Source: Salisapilia sapeloensis CBS 127946 (lineage: Eukaryota > Protista > Oomycota). From it: a stretch of DNA of 58,995 nucleotides. The position numbers and the translations under genes are program-made. The notes below the pieces were generated by a model. It had not been told where the DNA came from, searched no databases, and saw nothing but the letters and a program-made list of their open reading frames with translations. The stretch lies in NCBI GenBank assembly GCA_023334545.1, contig JAADVB010000104.1, forward strand, positions 1 to 58,995. The letters are read 5' to 3'. Every line of letters starts with the position of its first letter. The stretch's first letter is position 1. Below are positions 22,229-35,929 of the stretch, one piece after another.

Positions 22229-22696
22229 ATGGAGCTCAATAGCCGAGTGCATTTCTCGGAGAGTACGACCGCCAGTGCAAGGCATGCTGACGTCCTAGCT
22301 TCTCTCGACAGTGTCGAAAAGGTATCCTCCCTACTACACCTTCAAAACTGCACAAACTAACATATACGCACGTAGAAACTAGTGGAGGTGCTCCGCACAG
22401 CAGCAGCGGCAATGAGCCATGTGACGCCTCAAAGTTCAGCAGACGAGAGCTCTGCTGCTGCCTTCAACAAATCATCCGGCGACTTTCTCCAGCTCGTGCG
22501 TGAGATCCACGCCGAGCTCGCAGGTCACATCCATCTCGTGACCGATTATCGTCCATACGGCCGGAGCACATACGGCGCGGAGAAGGACGCAGACATCACG
22601 CGTAATAAAGTTCAGGTGATCCAAGAGCAACTGCAAAGCCTATCTCGCTACTTGGACGAGCATGGAGCTGTTATGGAAACCACTAGTATACCCTAA
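22229..22696 (+). CDS. MED11: Mediator subunit 11 (putative)
   Basis: About 137 aa: LASLDSVEK|KLVEVLRTAAAAM...FLQLVREIHAELAGHIHLVTDYRPYGRSTYGAEKD. Intron at 22322-22375. Confidence 0.75.
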
Positions 22697-22792
22697 TCAA
22701 GACTTGTCTAAGAACCTGCGCTTCATTTTCGTTTCCTGCGATGCTCTCTCGACCACATACATCGCCCTCCAGTACCTCCTGTACGTACAAGA

Positions 22793-25700
22793 CTAGTGCT
22801 TCTTACTCCCATTCGCCTTGACTTTCTTCCCTTGCTTCTTCTTTCCACCTTCTTCCGACACTTCGTCCAGCAGTTCCTTCGCAATCGCATCCGCCGCCGC
22901 CGCCGCATCCACTTGTCGACGTCCCTTGGCACCTTCCACCGCCTTCTCCGTGAACTTCTCCATGAACTGCGCAGACTCGACCACACGCGGGTCTTCATCA
23001 CCGAGCATCTCCTTGTACATGGCGTACACCTTCTTCTCGTACGCGAGCGCCTCCCTGAAGCCACCAGCGAGGCCGCAAGCGAGCGCCATTTGATGCAGAG
23101 TGTTGGCCACTTGCAGACGTCCGAGTTCTCCTCGACGCAGCGATTCGCGGTGGCAGAAGAGCGCGAGCGTGATGTGGCCAACGTCCTGGCACATCATGCC
23201 CATCTTGGAGTACAAGGAGCTGACTTCCGGGAAGTGCGGACCGCCGCCCATCTCGAGCAAGTAGATGGATCGGCGCATGTGCGACACCGCCAAGTCCGTC
23301 TGGGCATTTGCGTGCAGGAAGAGCGCTAGATTCGCGTGCGCGAACGCCGTGTCATGATAGTCCATGCCCTCCAGTTGCGTGTACAACGCCAAAGCACGTT
23401 GCTGCTGCGCGATGGCGCCTTGCACGTCACCTGCGTGGTACAGCACCGTCGCCAGAGAGGTGCTGCAGAGCGCAGCGTCTTCATGGGCACCGCCACAGAC
23501 CTGATACAAGAGGTTGGCGGCTTCCTGCAGCAGCTCGTAGGCTTCCGCCAACGCACCGTTGCTAAGACGCATGCGTCCACGTTCCAAGAGCTCCTTGGCC
23601 TGCTGGTACGGATGGTCCGGCAGCGACGTCTTGACCACCGGCGAGACGCCCGTGAGGTCCGTCGCGGCGAAGGGAGAGGCCGAGGTGAAGTCGTACGTTC
23701 GGCTCTGGACACGAAGACCGAGGCGCTGGCACAAACGGCGCAAGAGCATGACCTTGTGCGTCCGCGTGACTTGATCCTCACTCTTCACGCTCTTTTTCCA
23801 GAGCGTCAAGTCGTATCCGAAGCGGTTGTGCACCTCCTTCTCAAGTCTCGTCCAGATACTATCGACATCCACGTCCGGCGTCAAGGAAGCAGCATGTCCA
23901 TTCGTCTGCTTACTCTTCTTCTTCTTGTTCTTCTTGTTCTTCTTCGCCTTGGGTTTCTCCTCTTCCTCCACTTCCGTCGACGTACCAAGCACAGCGTTCA
24001 AGAACTGGACGAACATGTCGCCAGGAGCAGACCGCAAGCCTTCATGCGCATTGAAAAAGTCGTTCAAGACGTGCTTGGACACACGTGCGAGCATCTCGAC
24101 TTCCATGAGCTCCAGCACGTACTTGGAGATGGCACCCACCGTCTCCAATTGCTGCGCCAAGGATGCGATGCGACCCAAGTAACGCATGTTGATACCACAA
24201 GAGTGGAAGAGCTCCGTGAGGGAGCGACCGTCCGCAGGGTTAATCGCTCCACGACGCATATCGGCCACGAACGCCGGGATCACGACCTTCTGGAGGTACT
24301 CGGCAGCATCTCTCGCCGTCTCCTCATCCTTCTTCACCTCCTCCGCATCGATCGAAGCGTCGTACTTCATCCAGACGTTGGCATTCACATTGATCGGGTC
24401 TACCTCGATCTCTTCCTCCTTGCTTTCGTCCTTTCCGTCCTCTGCGCCTTCCTGCTCAGCCTTCTTCGCTTCCAGCTTCTCCTTTCGGATCTTACCTTGC
24501 TTCCACATCGTGTACAGCTGCACGAGCTCTGGACGAAGCAAAGCGACGTACCCTTCGTCGTCACGAGCAAAACGGAGACCATCGACGTCCTTGGCGTCTT
24601 CCGCCGGAACGTCATAGTACGTTGCGTCCTTCGGGGCAATACGCACGAGGTCCAGCACGTACATCCGGTTGTCCGAGCCGAGGATTCCCTTGGCATCCAC
24701 AGGGCCACAGATCGGTACAACGTCGGTACCAGCCTCGCCTCCTGCGCCACTGTCCGCCACGAGCGCACCTGCAGCCTGCTCCTCTTCTCCTTCATCTTTA
24801 CCAAGAGGCTGGACCTTGCGCTCAGTCAAGTGCAGCTTCTCTCCTGCCTGCAGCATTAGCTGGTGCATCTTATCGTTCGACGCAACCGTCTTGCCGCCAT
24901 CGACTGAGCCATAGATGAGCTTGGACGCTGCTTCACCCTGGAGGATGCCTGGGATGAGACTTTGCGCAATCACACGCATACCCAAGTAGTCCACGACAGT
25001 CGTCGCGAGGGTATGTAGCCCTTCGACATCGACTTCGTTCAGAGCCTTGACACCTTGCAAGTCGCGATTGGCAGCAGAGTAAGCAGCTTCTTCCCCACCA
25101 GCATCCTTACTCATCCGCTTCCCGTCGATCGAGAGCGAGAAGAAAATGTTGTTGAACACGTACACATGCGCGCTTTCGTCATCCATCGGGTTAATTGGTG
25201 GCAAATGGCCTTCGACAATCGCCACAGCACCTTGCGTCGCAGCTTCCACGAACTCACTCACGATCTTGTACATGACACGACTACGCACGAGCTGCTCCTT
25301 CGGGTTCGATGCCGGCAGTTCACGACAGCACTGGTACTCTTCATTCCAGTCGCGAAGGACACCACGTTCGTCCATGCCGTACGTGGCGCACAAGTCGTCT
25401 TCAGCACGGTTGAGGTCGCGATCATGCTTGGAAGCAGCCTCGATCGGCGTGTTCCAAGGCGCTTTGCCGCCGACGTTGTTGCCGGCTGCGACCATCCACT
25501 CAATAGAAGCTGGGCCTTGCTTGGCTAGCTCCGCAGCACGGTCAAGCAGCGAGGCGAAGGCAGAAGAGAATTTGTCCGACGCTTGCTTGAGGACATCCAA
25601 GAGGAGATGGCACTGCTTGCCGTTCTTGGACATGCGAGGGTCAAACGACGAGAGCGTGGAGCGGTTGACAAAGAAACCGTCCACGTGCGCCGTGATGAAG

Positions 25701-26547
25701 TGCACGAGGTCGTCCGTCGTGGTGACTTCGAGGTAGAGCAAGTCACCTGCGAGCTTTCGAGGACCTGGCGGTGGGTTGTAGCCAGAGAAGACGATGCTCT
25801 TGACGCACGTCGGGAGCTCCGCGTTGGCGTTCGGGTCCTTCTGCGGCTCCGTCGGATTGTAAAAGTCTCCTAGGTTCGTCTCGACCGGGACGCTGATGCC
25901 CTCTAGGTTCTTGTGGATCTCACGAAGCTGCTCGAGCTGTTCCTCCGTCACTTCCTTCTTCTCCTTGTCCTTGTTCTCCGACTCTTTCTTGGCAATCTCA
26001 TCCTTCTTGGACGATGTGTCTTCACCCTTCTTGACGCTCACATCGTCTCCATTCGCCTCTGGTTCCTGCTCGGAAGACGCCGTGGGAATCGGAGGATTGG
26101 CCAAAGCATCTCGGAATCGACGCACATGCGCACGAACTTTACGTGCCGTGTACTTTTCCAAGACCATACGAAGCGTACTTCCATCCGCAAGCGACTCATA
26201 CTCGCCCAACTCGACAAAGTCATTCAAAGGTGTCCTAAGCATATCATGATCATCATGAGCTTCTCAACGCCAAGCTTTATCATACAGTAAACATACCACT
26301 CGTTCGTCTCAGAAGATTGCAATTCTAGACGATAGCAAGTGAAGCAAGCAAGTGACGGGTACTCTGCCAAAAGCTGACGCAACGATAGCACCGTATCCGC
26401 TGGACTAACTTGGTCCAATCGGATCGTGGCTGGTGCATCTACGGCAGTAGACGGTGGCGTCACGTGCAACGTCAGCATCAGTTCTTCCTCCTGCTGCTCC
26501 TGTTCCTGTGGCACCTCCACACTCGTTTCCTGGGCTTGTGTTGCCAT
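22793..26547 (-). CDS. CLU1: Clustered mitochondria protein (CLU1/CLUH)
   Basis: SGYNPPPGPRKLAGDLLYLEV, RDWNEEYQ, TTVVDYLGMRVIAQSLIPGIL, KGILGSDNRMYVLDL, HSCGINMRYLG and C-terminal TPRs. Intron at 26235-26296. Confidence 0.96.
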
Positions 26548-26699
26548 CCTACGTCGCTACTCTCGTGCTAATTGATGATTGCGAAGTCTTTTGTGTGGAG
26601 GAGGTTCGTACGATATAATTGGATGAAAAGACACTTCAAGCTTCCGTTGATTCGCTAATAAAAAGAACCGCCAAACACTCGAAACGAAGGACAGAAGCC

Positions 26700-29600
26700 A
26701 TGGAAGACGCATCCGACCTACGGATCGACGTACGTGACTGGGCACTGCATGTACGCATGTTAGCAAAAATGCTCTTGTCATTAGGTAGAAGATATGAGGT
26801 TCATTATGACTTGACAAATTACACGACGGATGTGTCGTTGGCGAGTCTTGGGCTGGACATGACGTCGATTATGAAAACGAATTTGTTGCAGGTAACGAAT
26901 GTGATACCTTCTACCGTGCCGTATAATATCACGTCTCGATCGAGTGTTGGTACGATTGGAAATATCATGAATAACGACTATCTTGTCGGAGTCAATGACG
27001 AAGATCTGGTCTTACTACCGATAAACGCCAAGAGATTATCACGTGCATTCAAATTCCACTTGGATAAACTAGAGTCTCACAACTCCCGTCGTGTCCTGAA
27101 ACTTGCCTTTGTTCGTTTGGATGCACTCGTCTGTGTCGATCCAGTCGTGTATAGGACCCATGGTAGCGTCCTGGAGCGACTGGAAGACATTGATAACCAG
27201 CACAAAGTCCTTGTCGATCGGTATGCTCACCTCCTCGAACGGAATCGTCAAGTAATAAATAAAGAACTAGTGAAAGAATATAAGTTGCTTCATAATCTAC
27301 AGTCATGGGCTCGATCGATGAAGACTGCAGTGTACGAAGACGGTCGGTTCCGATTCGCAGTAGAATTCCAGACATGGCTCTCCCATATCTATCGAGAGCC
27401 CATACCAAGCGAGAAGGATCAAGACGAAGAGGGTGATAAGCAACAGGATGTGATCCTGATTTCCGACAGTGATGACGAAAAGGAACGAGAAGTGATCGAC
27501 GACGAAATGAACGAGGAAGAGGACGAAGGGCCACGTCGTCCGGCTCGAGGGTACACCCCCAAGCCATCATTTGCCGATGACGAGTCGGACGATGCTCCCC
27601 CAAAGCCACCGACGCCACCTCGTCCCTCTTTCAACACTCCTCATACGATTCCCAGTCAACACCCGCAACGCAGTCCACCGCCACTCGTCAACGTCGACAT
27701 GTCGTGGCTGCGGAGGTTCCCACAGCAAGAGTACAAGTGGCTGAAGGTGCATATCATCGAGAGCTTTATGAAGAATATAACGAGTGCCTTTCTCTCGGAT
27801 CATTCTGGCGATGATGAACGAGATAAAGCACTTAGTGTCGCGATCGGAGAGCAGTTCCTCCGACATTACATCCACAAACGACATCAATCAGTCATGAACG
27901 ATGACAAGCTGCGGAAAGAAGCTTCTGCACACTTACGCTACCTCCTATCCAACATCAAACGCTTCGATGAACTCCGAAATAACCTTCGTGACGGATATTT
28001 GGATGTCGTGAAACTATGCCACATGTCTGCTCAAGAACTAGCACCAGAAGCCATGCGTCTCGAGCGTGAAAAGCGCTTTGAACAGAACGCCAAGAACAAT
28101 ACGCTAGAAGAACCGACTGGAAGAGCATATATCAAGCGAAAGGAAGGCTTCCGAGAGGTCGTCCTAGGCAACCCAAATGGCTCGCCGGATCCAGAGCCGG
28201 ATGAGCCGAGTCAGGACTCTCAGGAGACGCTACAGACAGCAGCGAACGAGAGCGAAATGGAAGAGAAGAACGATGTGCCGATGGATGTGGATTACGCCGA
28301 AGACAGCGCGATGGTAAGAGAAGCCGATGCGCCACCTCCACCACAATCAACACACGTTCCTCCTCGAGGAGCTCCAGCACCGCCTTCGGGTATACTTAAG
28401 CGACAAGGGTCGAACAAAGCACGAGGACGCAAGACTATTTCCTTTAACCCTTCGAATGAGTATCAGACGTACGAAGAGAGCCTGCGATCTGCCCAGGAGA
28501 ATCTAAAGATACCAAACGTTCGGTCGGTCGAAGCACAGAGTAAGCAAATGGTACCAGACGTCCATCGACTTTGTCGACCAGAAGAAGGGAAGCAGTTCCT
28601 TGCGACGCTACTTGGCTCTACTTATGATCTACAGGACTCTTTAATCGAATTCGCAAAGACAGCACAAGCAGGTGTGCTTCCAAAGAACCATCACGAGATC
28701 GAATTAGCGACTGGCGTATCCCTCTACAGACACCCGAAAGGATCTCATCAAGGAATGTACAAGACGACACTACGTATCGCGCATCTATTTGCTGAAGGTA
28801 CTGGGACAAGCGATGGTGACGCGACGACAAGAGCTGCAGATGCACTTCAGGAAAAGCTTGTTGACTGCCGAAGGACATTCGTGACGCAGCTAGAGGAAGT
28901 CAAAGTGTATTTGAACGATGCTGAGGAACCAGATATTCGGAAGAGAGAACGTCGATTGAAAAACACACTAGCAGAACGTCGACTCATTCGGATTGAAGCT
29001 GTGAAAGTGACGAATAAAGAGACGGGTGCAGATGAGATGGAAGCGATTGCAGCGATGAACAACCTTCCACTCACTGCATCTCGCTCGAAAGTCGAAGCGT
29101 ACGCACGTAACGACGCGAATGACGCGATCGTGACGTTCTTAAAGCACCTTGCGAGTGTCGTGGACTTGGGGAATGTACCTACGACGCCAGTGCAACGAGT
29201 TACTCGACCACCGGAGCAACCTACGCCACATGCATCGTATCGACAGGAGAATAGGTCGCACTACGACGCGAGAAGCAATGACTATTATCGCAGTCATCGA
29301 GGATACGACGACTATCGATCTCACGAGTACTACGCTTCGACACGTGACAACAGGTATAGTCGTAAGCGGCAGTACCCAGAGGACTCGTATCTTAGTGAAG
29401 AGGAACCTGCAAGCAGCAGACAGCGCGTGGATGATGGGCACTACGATGATTGTCGAGAGCGGATGGATCGATGTCCGGAACCTAGCTACAAGCACGAAGG
29501 TATCCACAAGGACTATTCGATGCAAGAACCCCTTTCTCCATCCAATGGCGAACCGATCGGGTTTGTCGTTGATACACAAGGAGAAGAGAGACGTCGACCG

Positions 29601-31728
29601 GATGAACCGTCTAAAGAGAAGATGCGAGAGCGACAGGAGCGAGCGGAGGTCGCTGCGTATCAAGCACTCGTGCGAGTGCTTGCAAAGGAAGCACCAGCAG
29701 TCGTAAGACAGATCGAGAGCTTGTCATGGGATGAAACGGTGCCAACGCAACAGGAAGCACTGCTCACATCTGAGTTACATCTATCACGAACGATTGAGAG
29801 GGAAGAGAAGACGTATAAATGTACCATCTACCTATGTGAGAATGAGCATGTAAAGGCAGAAGCTAGTTGCGTGAGTCTTGATGCAGCCAAAGCGACGGTC
29901 ATGTCAGAATTCCAGCTACAGATCAGTCGCATGAGGACGCAATGGAATCGAATCACCGATACATATGACGAACGAGTGCAGAAAGGATCCACGACGCTCA
30001 TGGCAGCGCATGAAGCAAAGCAAAAGCATCATTTGGTACTGACGGAAGAAACGAAAAGACTTGCGTTGTACCATCAAGTAGCTTTCGTCATCGACGGCCG
30101 TACGGTCGTTCGAGCTGCTTGTCCGACGGCAAAGGAAGCCGGTAGGTCTGCGCGAGAGGACTTGCAGCGACTTCTAGCGGACTTTAGCCACTTGCGAAAG
30201 GAACGACAAGCGCCACCTCCGACGCAGGATACTCCTACAGACACTAGTACACTACTTGCGACTGCTAGACCTACTGCTGAGCCGGAACCTCCACAGCCAT
30301 CTGCACCAAGCACAGGTCCTTCAGCAGCTATGAGTGAACCTAGCCAAATGATCACGTGCAGCGATGATGACGATGATGACGATGAGTTTGGTAACTATAG
30401 CGACTCGGGTGAATCCGATTGGGAGGCGGAATCCACTGCAAAGGACAATGGAAGTACCGAGAGTATGAATGCAACCGAGACAGTGACACCAGGACGATCG
30501 TTCGATGCGCAGATGACAGCTTTAGGTGGTCCGTACGATCCACATACGGAAGTTGGGGAGACCAAGGACGCCAAGTTCAGAGCTTTGCTTCGAGGTCTAC
30601 TGGACAAGGACTCGAAGAACTTGATGATGGATACGCTCGAGTTCACGCGCGGGGAACTCAAGTACAAAGGTGCTTTGGAGAAAAAGGTATGTGCGAATGT
30701 CAATGTAAAGTTCCAAGTCCAACGGATACAAGGCAATACGCACGACGTTTTCATTCAAGTGAATGACGTCATGACGATCCAAATGTCAGCAAAAGATCGT
30801 ATGTCTGCTGTCGGGAAAGCAATCACTAAACTCGTGGAACATTTAAATGCTCTCCGTACGAAATGGATCAACTGGCTCTTGTTCTTTGATACCAAGTTTA
30901 AAGGCTCAAGTGACCTCGTCGGGTCCTTCCGAACTGTTCTCGTTTTGAATCGATTGACGGTACGTTGCTTCATAACTATCTGCTGTATGCTTTAGAACTG
31001 TATCAATAACGTCCTGGTAGATGGATGTCATTGTCGAGACGCCATTGGAAGGTCCGGCGTACTATCGACGTCAAAAAGAAGCGTACTTTCGAGTCGATAA
31101 TTACGTCGTGTACCAGTGTCTCGGAGCATCCGACAGCGCTGTCCGGGAAGAAGTGACGCATCGAGCCATTGCTTACCTGGTACACTTGTGTGCAATGGGA
31201 AATCAAGAAGCAGAGGCTGCTGGAGATGTGTCCATGGATCAAGAGGAAGATAAAGAAGGTCTGTCGTGGAACCTACAATTGAGACTCGAGCAACTAGGTA
31301 GTAAGGACGAAGAGGAGTATACTATGAACGCGATATGGGCGAAACCAGAGTCCATGCCTTTGGAGCTCGACTTTCCGACGGCAGATGCGATGGCAGTGCA
31401 AGTGGATTCTCGACCAGTGCGATGGTTTGAAAGGCTGCTGCATGAAACTCATGCCAGTCCATTCTGCTTTAAGATGAAACCTGTGTTTAATGAGCAAAAG
31501 TTCATGAAACTAGTGTCGACGTACGGGAATAAGAGTCCGAACTACGCACGTGTGTTGGAACTTCGAGTGGATCATCCGAACCGACCATATCGAATGTTCA
31601 TTGTACCGCCCAGTGCATCGATTAATAGTGATAAGAACCGCTATTGGCCGAAAGCTGCACTATCGAAATGGTGCGAATTTCATAGCAAGGATGTCGTGGG
31701 ATTGCTGCTGCATCGAAATCTTTTGTAG
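26700..31728 (+). CDS. Large nuclear protein: TFIIS central (TFIIS_M) domain, six dsRBD-like modules and a C-terminal SPOC-like domain (BYE1/PHF3-like, atypical)
   Basis: TFIIS_M-like LRYLLSNIK...LRNNLRDGYLDVVKLCHMSAQELAPEAMRLERE at about 27730-28100. Intron at 30960-31020 joins RLT|MDVIVE. First ATG at 26700. Confidence 0.75.
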
Positions 31729-31829
31729 GCAGGACGTTATTTCTTTTCATAATATTAAATTCATGAATAAGAGAGCAGAAGTGGTGTGAACTAGCGTTTT
31801 GTTTATCATTCATATCGCCTTTGGATGTC

Positions 31830-33931
31830 CTACATGTCTTCTTCGTCACTGAATGCTGGGTCCATATTGTTTAAGAAGGAACTGCGTTGAGCTTCTCCAT
31901 GAATCATCTCCAAGTACTCGCCGTTATGGATTTCAAATCGGCGCTGGCGAATCAGTCGAACAAAGTCGCTCGCTTTATCACGAGAAGCCTCGCGATCGAG
32001 GATGAGGTCCATGATGACATCACACATGCGGCGGATTTCAACGTTGCGAGCATCTGCAGCAAGAAGTAGATCTGGCACAATCCCGATGCCAACGAGAAGT
32101 TCGTCGGATGTTTCTTGGTGACGAAGCAAGCGGTAGAAAGCGAATAGAAGCTGGAGTGTTAGTTCATTATCATGCTGCTTTTCTTGGAAGAGTACATGAA
32201 AAGACCGTAGTAACCTGGAGGTTGCAAGCAGTGGTGCAGCCTTGGATTCAAGAGCGACTGCGCTGACGAAGAGGATGACTTCGAGGATCATATCGTCTTG
32301 GGAGAAACCTGGCACCAGGAGCTTGTTTAAGAACGGCAGCACAGAGTGTTCATTGATCATTGTAGCCCACGATGACTTGGGTGGCAAGTCATTCGGAGTC
32401 AAGTTATTTAGCGTACCAAGGACTTCGATAGAGAAATCGTGACTGTCCGTGTTTACACAAAGCTCGACAAGCGGAGAGACGAAGGGAGCCCACATGCCCT
32501 TATACTTGTAGATTTTGTCGCTTACGATGTCTTCCTGAAGCGTGTACGACCACAGTGAAATGTTGCGAACGACCTTCATAAGCAGCAAGTCTTTCGTCCG
32601 GAGCACTCGCGTGACGAGAGCTTCCAGCCCTCGATTTTGACACATGAGCTCTGCATTTCGGCTATTGAGACTAAGGTTGACAGCAAGTGCCGCTAGCTCT
32701 TTCGCCACCGTGTTCTGCGGGAAGTTGATCTATTACATGCATTATTAATCAAAACATGATGCTCGAAAAGAGGTTACTAGTAGATCATCGTGCTTACCAG
32801 AAGCTGCATTACGATCGGAATAGCTTCGGTGTATGTGAACATGGACTTGCAGCGATCATCAATACTCAAGTGGTACAAGATACGCAGAGACAGCGCTCGG
32901 AATGGAGGCTTCTTCAGCAAGTCTACGAGTTTCGGGATCAAGCCGTTCTTCACCAGTAACTCCCTCGCGGCGGGATCAAAGGACAAGTTGAAAAGCAACT
33001 TGAGAGCTGTTTGCGCTGTCTTATCGTGACTGCATCGAACGTACTTGGTAAGCCTTTCAATAACATTAAGCTCGATCATTGTGTTCTTATTCTCTTCAAA
33101 AATGCTCAGCTTCTTCAGGAACGACAAAGTGAGGATGACAAGGTCTGGAGCGACTCGATCGAGCATCTATCCGACAACACATAAGCTTTGAAGAATGATA
33201 AATATCGATTACGACGTACGTGTGAAAGCAGCAGAACGATTTTCTTCTTAACCATTTTACGCTCCGTATGAATGTCTTCTGCTAGGTTGATCAATACGCT
33301 AAAGCAGACGTACCTGTAGACATCACTTTGGTAAATGAAGAGTAGTTGTGCAGAGTAGTGGAAACTTACAGAAGATGTTCTTGCTTTTTCATCCGTTTCT
33401 TATGTCGCTTTTTTTCTCGCTCAAGTTTCGCCAAAGCCTCTTCATCAGACGTGCTTGCTGTTGCTTCCATTGCTCGAACGTCTTCAGCTCGTACTTCATA
33501 GCGCTTGATTTCAAATTCGACCACTTTCAAGGTTACCGCCCCAATGCGATAGTTGGAGAGAATGCCGTGGACTTGGATAAAATTCGAAAAGCACCAGAAG
33601 ATGCGCATTAACATTAACGTAAAATCCGTGCTCTTCTTGTACTCTTCGTTGAGAACACGAGAGAGCAAGCTCTATCAATTGTTTGTAAGCCAAGTGCATT
33701 ATCTACCAAAGGAGACTCGTATACCATTAAAGCTTCGTTTTGAACTAAAGACTCGGTGTTCGCCGCGTACTCAGCAAGTAGAAGGATCTTAGTCGCCCCA
33801 TCTAGCTTGCACTCGACATCGTCTTCGTACAGCTTTTCCATGTAGATGTCTATATCTTCCATACGGGCGGTAGCCCCCTTGGTAGAGCCATCGCGCTTAC
33901 TGGATCGCGTCGAGGAGCTCCGAACGCTCAT
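31830..33931 (-). CDS. KAP3: Kinesin-associated protein 3 (kinesin-II accessory subunit, IFT)
   Basis: IDIYMEKLYEDD...GATKILLLA...LSRVLNEEYKKS...IFWCFSNF...Q(E)HLLYVCFSVLINLAED...KKLSIFEENK...LLFNLSFD...LYHLSIDD...KELAALAVNLSLN. Four GT-AG introns reconstructed. Confidence 0.93.
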
Positions 33932-34109
33932 GCTTTGCTACTGATGGTCTAAAATAAGACGAAACCTTGCATCAAGATGCGTAACTGCCATCACTTCGCT
34001 TGAAGATCTATTCCCGCCATCACCGGCATTTGAATATCCCATTCGCGCCATTTGGTGTCAAAGTGTCCTGATATTGTTTCATTCTTATACTTTCCCTTGC
34101 CTTGGCGAT

Positions 34110-35009
34110 ATGGCCTCTTCTCTCGTGCAACAAACTGCCGACTTTGTCCGTGAACAGCTTCAGGACAATGATGCCTCACATGATTGGTGTCACATCGAAC
34201 GTGTCTGGCAAACAGCTCGTCGGCTAGCTAAAGAAGAGGTATGATACCGCTTCTCTTCTCTCTGTAAATCACATGTGCATAATGTGAACTCGGAAAACGT
34301 CGGTAGGGGTTACCAGAAGAACGACTAGAGATTGTTGATCTTGCTGCCCTCCTCCATGACATTGACGACTGGAAATACCAGTCAGAAGGCTCACAACCGA
34401 CGCGACGAGCAGAGTCTTTCTTACAGTCGAAGCAAGTGCCAGGGGAAACTATCGCGACGGTCACAGGCATTATTGACAGCATGGGCTTTAAAGAAGAGCT
34501 TGGAAGCGATTCCACGGTATAATACATGTGCTACCTCGCATCCAGCTTAAGCTGACACAGTATTATGGTAGCAAAAGCTTTCTACTGAGTTTGGATGCGT
34601 GCAAGATGCCGATAGACTAGTATGATAGACGTACTTAGACTACTTGTAGCTGTACTAAGAAGAAATAATGATAGGATGCAATCGGTGCTATTGGCATCGC
34701 GCGGTGCTTTACGTATGGAGGTCACAAGAAGCGTCCATTGTACGATCCTGAGATTCCACCAACAAAAGAGCTTACGAAAGAAGAGTATATGGCCAAGAAT
34801 CGACAGGCTCCGACACTCAACCACTTTTACGAGGTTAACAAGCTGTCTCCATCCTCTTACGTCACTTCTTACCACCTTCTGAATAGAAACTACTGAAACT
34901 CCGAGGAATGATGAAGACAGACGCTGGGCGTCGAATGGCCGAAGAGCGTCATGCGTTTATGGAAAACTTCTTGGACCAGTTTAACAAGGAGATTAGCGCC
35001 CAAGCGTAG
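34110..35009 (+). CDS. HD-domain metal-dependent phosphohydrolase
   Basis: DASHDWCHIERV, AALLHDIDDWKY, VQDADRL|DAIGAIGIAR, HFYE|KLLKL...ERHAFMENFLDQF. Four GT-AG introns. Confidence 0.9.
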
Positions 35010-35087
35010 ACATGTGAATGAATGACAGAGTCAAAATGCTTTTCATGTTGTTTCTGCTTGTTAGGAGCACCAATTCGCTCTCACAAG

Positions 35088-35715
<628 letters not shown>

Positions 35716-35929
35716 TGTATAGAAAATTAACTTCGAGACAGAACGACTTACGCCGGCGTCGACCTAGTGACGAGATCAGGTCGTCCAAGAGTCTACTCAC
35801 AGCGCGAATTAATCTCTTTCGGTCTTCTCAACTAGATTCTATCAACAAACAATTGACTTGGATACCAAGAAGCGCTCTATTAACACAGGAGAATCTATTT
35901 TGTCCATCGATACGAGGCTATAAGAAGGC

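Noticed and set aside
23336-24859. 507-aa antisense ORF (and several shorter ones) opposite CLU1
   Set aside because: Codon-mirror of a GC3-rich gene; no independent domain signal.
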